Positions 58,681 through 64,000 of a DNA stretch of 64,000 nt are shown piece after piece; within the stretch, counting starts at the first letter, position 1, and each line of letters begins with the position of its first letter. The notes beneath the pieces are model-generated. The model was given only the letters and a program-made list of their open reading frames with translations, was not told the DNA's origin and searched no databases. The stretch is from Candidatus Entotheonellaceae bacterium (GTDB taxonomy: Bacteria > Tectomicrobia > Entotheonellia > Entotheonellales > Entotheonellaceae): positions 3,232,001-3,296,000 of the forward strand of contig OZ250173.1 of assembly GCA_965238075.1 (NCBI GenBank), in the 5' to 3' direction. The position numbers and the translations under genes are program-made.

Positions 58681-59729
58681 ATGCGGACACCGCCGGAACG
58701 TGAACGAGGGGAACCTCAGGTGTCGTTGGCGTTCTCACAGATGATCATGGGGGCTTGGGTGCCCCAGGTCATCTATACCGCAGTCTCGCTCGGGGTCTTC
58801 TAGAACCTCCACGCCGGGCCGCGTTCCGGCGCCGAGATAGCAAACGAGATTGGTGTTCCGCTCGCGACCACGAATCGGCTGCTGCGCGCCCTCGTTTGCC
58901 TCGAATTGTGCAGCGCGTCCGAGTCCGACACCTTCGCACTCATGCCGGGGGGACGATTACTTTGCGCGGAGACGCCGGGCTCGATGCGCTCGCTGGCGCT
59001 GCTCCGGGGCCGAGGGAGCGTCTGGTCGGCGTGGGGCAGGCTGCTGGACGTTGTTCGCACGGGGAAAACGGCTCCGGAGCTGGTCGCCGGGAAAGGCATC
59101 TACGAGTGGCTGGCCGACGATCCGGCCGGTTTCAATGTCTTCAACCAGGCGATGACGGAGCTGAGCATCGCCCAGGCGTAGGCGGTCCCGATGCCTTTGA
59201 CTTTTCGGATGCCCACGTCATCGTGGATGTCGGTGGGGGCTACGGTGCGCTCCTCATGGCGATACTCATGAGGTACGGCGACGCCAGCGGCGTCGTCTTC
59301 GATCGCTCCACGTGCCGTGAGGGATCGGAACGGTTGATCGCGCAGACCGGACTGTCGGATCGCTGCAGGTTCGTCGGTGGCGACTTCTTCAAGTCGGTGC
59401 CCGTGGGGGGCGACATATACCTGCTCAAGAACGTGATCCACAATTGGGACGACGATTGGAGCATGACCATCCTGCGAACCTGCCGCACGGCCATGAGCGG
59501 AGATTCACGCCTGCTGCTGATTGAGCCGATCGTGCCCGAACAGATCACCGCGTCGCTCGCCGACACTGTAGTGGTCGCATTCGATTTGCATATGCTGCTG
59601 TTGACCGGCGGTTGCGAACGCACCGAAGAGCAGCATCGGTCGCTGTTGCAGGCAGCCGGGTTCGACGTGATGCGCATCGTGCCGACATCGTCGGCGCTCA
59701 ACCTGATCGAGGCGCGCCAGACGGCTTGA
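58681..59729 (+). pseudogene. Class II O-methyltransferase (dimerisation + Methyltransf_2) with two in-frame TAGs and a frameshift
   Basis: TAG at 58801 and 59179, frame change near 59188; VDVGGGYG, GDFF, KNVIHNWDD motifs. Confidence 0.85.
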
Positions 59730-59760
59730 CTCGGCATTGTCGAACAAGAGCCATTGTGAA

Positions 59761-59915
59761 GGATGTGTTGAAACTTTCAAATGGTGGCAAGAGTGCGATG
59801 GGTCGAGTCGACCGGGTTCCATCTCATGCAGCCACCTCGAACAGCTTGTTGATGAACTGAATCTGTTGCCGAAGATCCGAACCGCTCACCCACCGCGCTT
59901 GCCCCTTCCGGATCT
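59761..59915 (-). mobile_element. IS6-family remnant (transposase C-terminus and terminal inverted repeat)
   Basis: IRKGQ..QIQFINKLFEVAA* and end sequence GGATGTGTTGAAAC. Confidence 0.6.
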
Positions 59916-60166
59916 GGCGGCGGCCCTGGGCCTGAACGGCCTCGGGGGCTTCGGAGGCTTCGCGGGCGGCGGCGGGGACGCGCCGATGGGCGGCACGGAG
60001 TTCCTGTTCGCGTGGGGCGGGGCTGGCAGTTCTGGGGCCAGGGCGACATCCAGACGTTCGCGGGCGAGCCGGCGGTCGAGCGGCGCTACGAGGGCGGCAT
60101 GCGCCTCGAAACCGAGCTGACGGCCATGCATCCCTACCTGGGCTGGTCGAACGGGGCCACGTCGGT

Positions 60167-60269
60167 GTGGACGAAGTCGGCGGCGCAGATCCTCGAGAAG
60201 GTGGACCGAGCCCGGAAGGCCCTCGCCGCCGTCTCCCGCATAGGAGGCTGTGTTCGGACACTACACTAG
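60167..60269 (+). mobile_element. IS630-family remnant (transposase C-terminus and end)
   Basis: WTKSAAQILEKVDRARKAL..RTLH*, ending GGACACTACACTAG. Confidence 0.6.
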
Positions 60270-60334
60270 ATATCATGCTAGGATGGACTCGACATGCGGC
60301 GACCGTCAAGTTCGCCGCCAGGGGGAATGATGAC

Positions 60335-60622
60335 ATGGCAGCCTACGTGATCATGGATATCGAGGTAACCGACCCTACCAGCTACCGTGGTTTTCTGGAG
60401 CAGGCGGCGGCAACGGTTGCAGCGCACGGCGGCAAGTATCTCGTGCGCGCCGGCGCCACGACAGTCCTGCAGGGCAACTGGCAACCTCATCGCCTCGTGG
60501 TGGTGGAGTTCGACAGCGCCGAGCAGGCGAGACAATGGAGAAACTCGCCGGACGCCACTCACGCCAGAGAGATGCTCAACAGGTCGTCCAACACGAACAT
60601 GATAATTGTCGAGGGCGATTAA
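60335..60622 (+). CDS. DUF1330 family protein
   Basis: MAAYVI, HGGKYLVRAG, LVVVEFDS..ARQW. Confidence 0.88.
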   Translation: MAAYVIMDIEVTDPTSYRGFLEQAAATVAAHGGKYLVRAGATTVLQGNWQPHRLVVVEFDSAEQARQWRNSPDATHAREMLNRSSNTNMIIVEGD

Positions 60623-60693
60623 CGCCGCGCTACGGTGGGCGGACCGGTTGTGGTGCAACTTTGGCCGACGGCGGCTGGTAACCGGAAGAGATC

Positions 60694-62043
60694 ATGAAAA
60701 AAGACAATCCGACTGGCGATCTTCAAGTGGCGACAGACGCGGCCGCGGGTGCTGCCGCTGGTAATCAGGTGAATGCGATGAGCCGCGCTCAGCGCTACGA
60801 CTGCGCGGTCATCGGCGGCGGGCCCGCGGGCGCGACGGCGGCGACGGTGTTGGCACAGCACGGCCGGCGCGTGGTGGTCATCGAGCGCGAGCGCTTTCCG
60901 CGCCACCACGTCGGCGAATCGCTGATGCCGTACACTTGGTTTACGTTCGAGCGGCTCGGCGTGCTCGACTGGTTCACGGAAGCCGCCTGTCCTCAGAAAT
61001 ACAGCGTGCAATTCGTCCCGACCTCCGGCAAGGTGTCGCAGCCATTCTATTTCTTCGAGACCATCAAGCACCCTTGCGCCACCACCTGGCAGGTGCTTCG
61101 CAGCGACTTCGACCGGATGCTGCTCGACAACGCGCGCGCCAAGGGCGTCGAGGTGCGCCAGGGGGCGGTGGTCCGCGAGGTGCTCATGGAAGGCCAGCGC
61201 GCCGTCGGTGTCCGGGCTGACCTAACCGGGGGCGGATCCGAGACGTTCTCGGCCGACGCGGTGATCGACGCGTCCGGACGCAACTCGTTCCTGGCCTCCA
61301 GGCTCGGCATGAAGCGGCGCGACCCCGACCTGAACAAGATCGCCATATTCACCTACTACCGCGGCGCCCGGCGCGACCCAGGGCTCGACGCGGGAGCCAC
61401 CACCGTCGCCTACATCCCGCACAAGGGCTGGTTCTGGTACATCCCGCTGCCGGACGACATCGTCAGCGTCGGCGTCGTGGCCGAGAAGGACTATCTCTAC
61501 CGCGACACGCGCGACCCCGAGGACATCTTCGCACGCGAGGCGGCGGCGTGCATCTGGATCGAGGACCACCTGCGGCCGGGAACGCGCGTCGAGCCGGTGC
61601 GCGTCACCGGCGAGTTCAGCTACCGGGCCGAGGCTATCGGGGGGGACGGCTTCTGTCTGGCGGGCGACGCGTTCTCGTTCCTCGACCCGGTCTTCTCGAC
61701 CGGCCTGTTCATGGCGCTCAAGAGCGGGGAGATGGCGGCGGACGCCGTCCACCAGGGTCTCGACAGCGGCGGGGTTACCGCCGCGACGTTCGAGGAGTAC
61801 GGGCGCCAGATGCGCTGGGCGCTCGACCAGTTCCGGCAGCTCGTGCTGTCGTTCTACAATGAGCGGTTCAGCTTCCGCGAGTTCATCCGCGCCTACCCGG
61901 ACATGCACCCGCGGCTGGTCGACGCGCTGGTCGGCAACGTTTTCTCCGATCTCGGTCCGCTGATCGACGCGCTCCGCGACTTCTTGGCGCGGGAGCCATC
62001 GACCGGCGCCTCGGCGATCGACCCGCCGGCTGTCAGCGCCTAG
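60694..62043 (+). CDS. Flavin-dependent halogenase-like FAD enzyme
   Basis: GGGPAG, FPRHHVGESL, conserved Lys (CPQKYS), GWFWYIP, GDAFSFLDPVFSTG. Confidence 0.8.
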   Translation: MKKDNPTGDLQVATDAAAGAAAGNQVNAMSRAQRYDCAVIGGGPAGATAATVLAQHGRRVVVIERERFPRHHVGESLMPYTWFTFERLGVLDWFTEAACPQKYSVQFVPTSGKVSQPFYFFETIKHPCATTWQVLRSDFDRMLLDNARAKGVEVRQGAVVREVLMEGQRAVGVRADLTGGGSETFSADAVIDASGRNSFLASRLGMKRRDPDLNKIAIFTYYRGARRDPGLDAGATTVAYIPHKGWFWYIPLPDDIVSVGVVAEKDYLYRDTRDPEDIFAREAAACIWIEDHLRPGTRVEPVRVTGEFSYRAEAIGGDGFCLAGDAFSFLDPVFSTGLFMALKSGEMAADAVHQGLDSGGVTAATFEEYGRQMRWALDQFRQLVLSFYNERFSFREFIRAYPDMHPRLVDALVGNVFSDLGPLIDALRDFLAREPSTGASAIDPPAVSA

Positions 62044-62070
62044 CAGCCCGTGGAAGAAACGGGTCTCCAG
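62040..62070 (-). mobile_element. Possible IS5/IS1182-type terminal remnant
   Basis: Minus strand TTTCTTCCACGGGCTGCTAG overlaps the halogenase stop; unrelated sequence follows up to ~62330. Confidence 0.3.
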
Positions 62071-62385
62071 AGCGTCAGGTGGCGGAAGGGGGCCAGCACC
62101 CAGGCGGCGGTGAGTTTGTGCCGACGGCGGGTTTTGCAGCTTGAAGACCCGGCGATCGGGCTGAAAAGGCCAATATGACGGCGAAAGTGGCGAAGAATGT
62201 GCAGAAAACGGTGCTGACATGACCCGCGAGCGCCGCTTGCGCCGCGGCGAGCCCCTGCAGAGCCCGCGGGGTGCCAAAACGTGCGTGCGGCGGCAGCCCG
62301 GCCAACCGCTGGCCGCGGTCGGCAGCCCGCCGGAAATCGTCCGACGCCTACGCGCCGCGAACGACGGCTCCGGGACGGACGCTCC

Positions 62386-63705
62386 ATGACCCGGGACGCC
62401 GGGGCGGTTCCAGCAACCGAGCGGCTGCCGCGCGAGACGCTGGCCGCGCTTCAAGGCGAGCGCCTGACACGGCTGCTCGGCTATATCCACGCACGGAACC
62501 GGTTCTACACCCGCAAACTGACGGATGCGGGCATCGATCCCGCGCAGCTTGTCCTGCCGCGTGATCTCGCCGCGCTGCCCTTCACCACCAAGGCGGAGCT
62601 GGTGGCCGATCAGGCCCAGGCGCCGCCGTGGGGCACCGTGCTTACCGAGCCGCTCGTGCGCTACACCCGTTACAACCAGACCTCGTCCACGACCGGCCGA
62701 CCGCTGCGCTGGCTCGACACGACGGAGAGCTGGCAATGGATGCTCGACTGCTGGCAGGCGGTCTACCGCGGCGCCGGCGTCGGCGCCGACGACCGCATCA
62801 TCTTCCCGTTCTCGTTCGGACCGTTCCTCGGATTCTGGACGGCGTTCGACGCGGCCACCCAGCTCGGGGCGCACGCCATTCCGGCCGGCGGGATGACGAG
62901 CCACCAGCGACTCGCCCTGATTAGGTCGCTGGCGCCCACCGTGGTCTGCTGCACGCCGACCTACGCGCTGCGGCTGCTCGACGTGGCGCGCGAGGCGGAT
63001 GGCGTCGACAACGCGCTGGCCGATACTGCCGTCCGCACCGTCATCGTCGCCGGCGAGCCGGGCGGCAGCATTCCGGCCACGCGCCAGCGGATCGAGCGCG
63101 GCTGGGGGGCGCGGGTCATCGACCACCACGGGTTGACCGAGGTCGGCCCCATCAGTTTCGAGTGCCGGGAGGCCCCGGGGTTCCTGCACGTCAACGAACG
63201 CGAGTACATCGCCGAGATGCTCGACCCGGAGTCGGGACAGCCGGCGGCGGACGACAGCCGCGGCGAGCTGGTCATCACGAACCTCGGGCGCACCGCCAGC
63301 CCGTTGATCCGCTACCGTACGGGCGATCTGGTCGTCGCGACGCACGAGCCGTGCGCCTGCGGGCGTACGTTCGTGCGCCTCGTGGGCGGCATTGTGGCGC
63401 GCGCCGACGACATGGTCAACATCCGCGGGACGAACGTCTATCCGACTGCCGTCGAAGAGGTTCTGAGCGCAATCGACGCAGTAGTCGAGTACCGCTGCAC
63501 GGTGCGGACGGCAGCCTCGATGCGCGCGCTCGCCGTGGAGGTCGAGGTGGGCCGCGGCGCCGATGAGGCCGCGGTGACGGCGCTGGTGTCGCAAAACCTG
63601 CGGAAAGCGCTCGGCCTGAACGTCCAGGTCACGCCGGTCGCCGCCGGCACGCTGCCGCGCTTCGAGATGAAGGCGCGCCGATTTGTCGTGGAACGCAGTT
63701 CATAA
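62386..63705 (+). CDS. Phenylacetate-CoA ligase (PaaK)-like adenylate-forming enzyme
   Basis: LPFTTKAEL, TSSTTGRP, HGLTEVG, GELVITNL, IRYRTGD, RADDMVNIRGTNVYP. Confidence 0.88.
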   Translation: MTRDAGAVPATERLPRETLAALQGERLTRLLGYIHARNRFYTRKLTDAGIDPAQLVLPRDLAALPFTTKAELVADQAQAPPWGTVLTEPLVRYTRYNQTSSTTGRPLRWLDTTESWQWMLDCWQAVYRGAGVGADDRIIFPFSFGPFLGFWTAFDAATQLGAHAIPAGGMTSHQRLALIRSLAPTVVCCTPTYALRLLDVAREADGVDNALADTAVRTVIVAGEPGGSIPATRQRIERGWGARVIDHHGLTEVGPISFECREAPGFLHVNEREYIAEMLDPESGQPAADDSRGELVITNLGRTASPLIRYRTGDLVVATHEPCACGRTFVRLVGGIVARADDMVNIRGTNVYPTAVEEVLSAIDAVVEYRCTVRTAASMRALAVEVEVGRGADEAAVTALVSQNLRKALGLNVQVTPVAAGTLPRFEMKARRFVVERSS

Positions 63706-63719
63706 TCTGAAGCGTCGTA

Positions 63720-63944
63720 ACATGCTGGGGCTCCGCGCGCCGGACAGGCAAACCCCGCCAGAACCTCGTAGCGGTCCTGGGCGTAGGCATGACGAAAACC
63801 GTGTGTGCCGTTCAGCCCGATGCTCTTGCGGGGACTCTGCCACAGGCCGTCACGGTAGTCTTTGTACGACAGCGACGACGGGATCAGCGAGCCCTTGCCC
63901 GCCACCGCCTTGGCATGGTCCAGGGCCTTGCGCGGGAGCACCAA
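63720..63944 (-). pseudogene. Tyrosine integrase fragment
   Basis: GSLIP..HGFRHAYAQDRYE..CP; both ends missing. Confidence 0.65.
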
Positions 63945-64000
63945 AAAGTGTGGGACAGTCAGGCAGCGCGTGGTTCAGCTTCAGCTGACCTGTCCCCGGC

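Noticed and set aside
63983-64000. IS3-type end TGACCTGTCCCCGG
   Set aside because: Too short and at the window edge; cannot be supported without the next sequence.

Overview
A GC-rich bacterial chromosomal window with catabolic and transport genes, lower-GC accessory islets, and many gene fragments and IS remnants. The gene mix (pentapeptide, TPR, Uma2 and Rpn proteins, Cys-rich secreted proteins, many Tat-exported binding proteins) resembles a sponge-associated symbiont such as Tectomicrobia, but that is inference only. Core content: ribE, an orphan comD-like gene, a TauE exporter, a double-domain UxaA/SuyB-family dehydratase, two LLM oxidoreductases, fprA, peptide and sugar ABC components, a DHA2 exporter, hpaB + extradiol dioxygenase + AhpD-like, lutABC, tRNA-Thr(CGT), HtrA, fused OtsAB, Ycf45, acyl-CoA dehydrogenase/HMG-CoA lyase/crotonase, TRAP DctP, a flavin-dependent halogenase-like gene and a PaaK-like ligase. 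Main finding: the ORFs 24279..24962 and 25017..25817 read as one linalool dehydratase/isomerase-family gene (24291..25817). Its single in-frame UGA (24960-24962) falls on the second catalytic cysteine (C-x8-U) and is followed by an fdhF-like SECIS hairpin, so it is a candidate selenocysteine-containing alkene hydratase/isomerase. Other highlights are a granulin-like secreted peptide, a cyanovirin-like Cys-rich protein, an OtsAB with a degenerate phosphatase domain and a dead-M14/GH105 fusion. Family calls are by eye from motifs; no searches were run. Some frameshifts may be sequencing errors.
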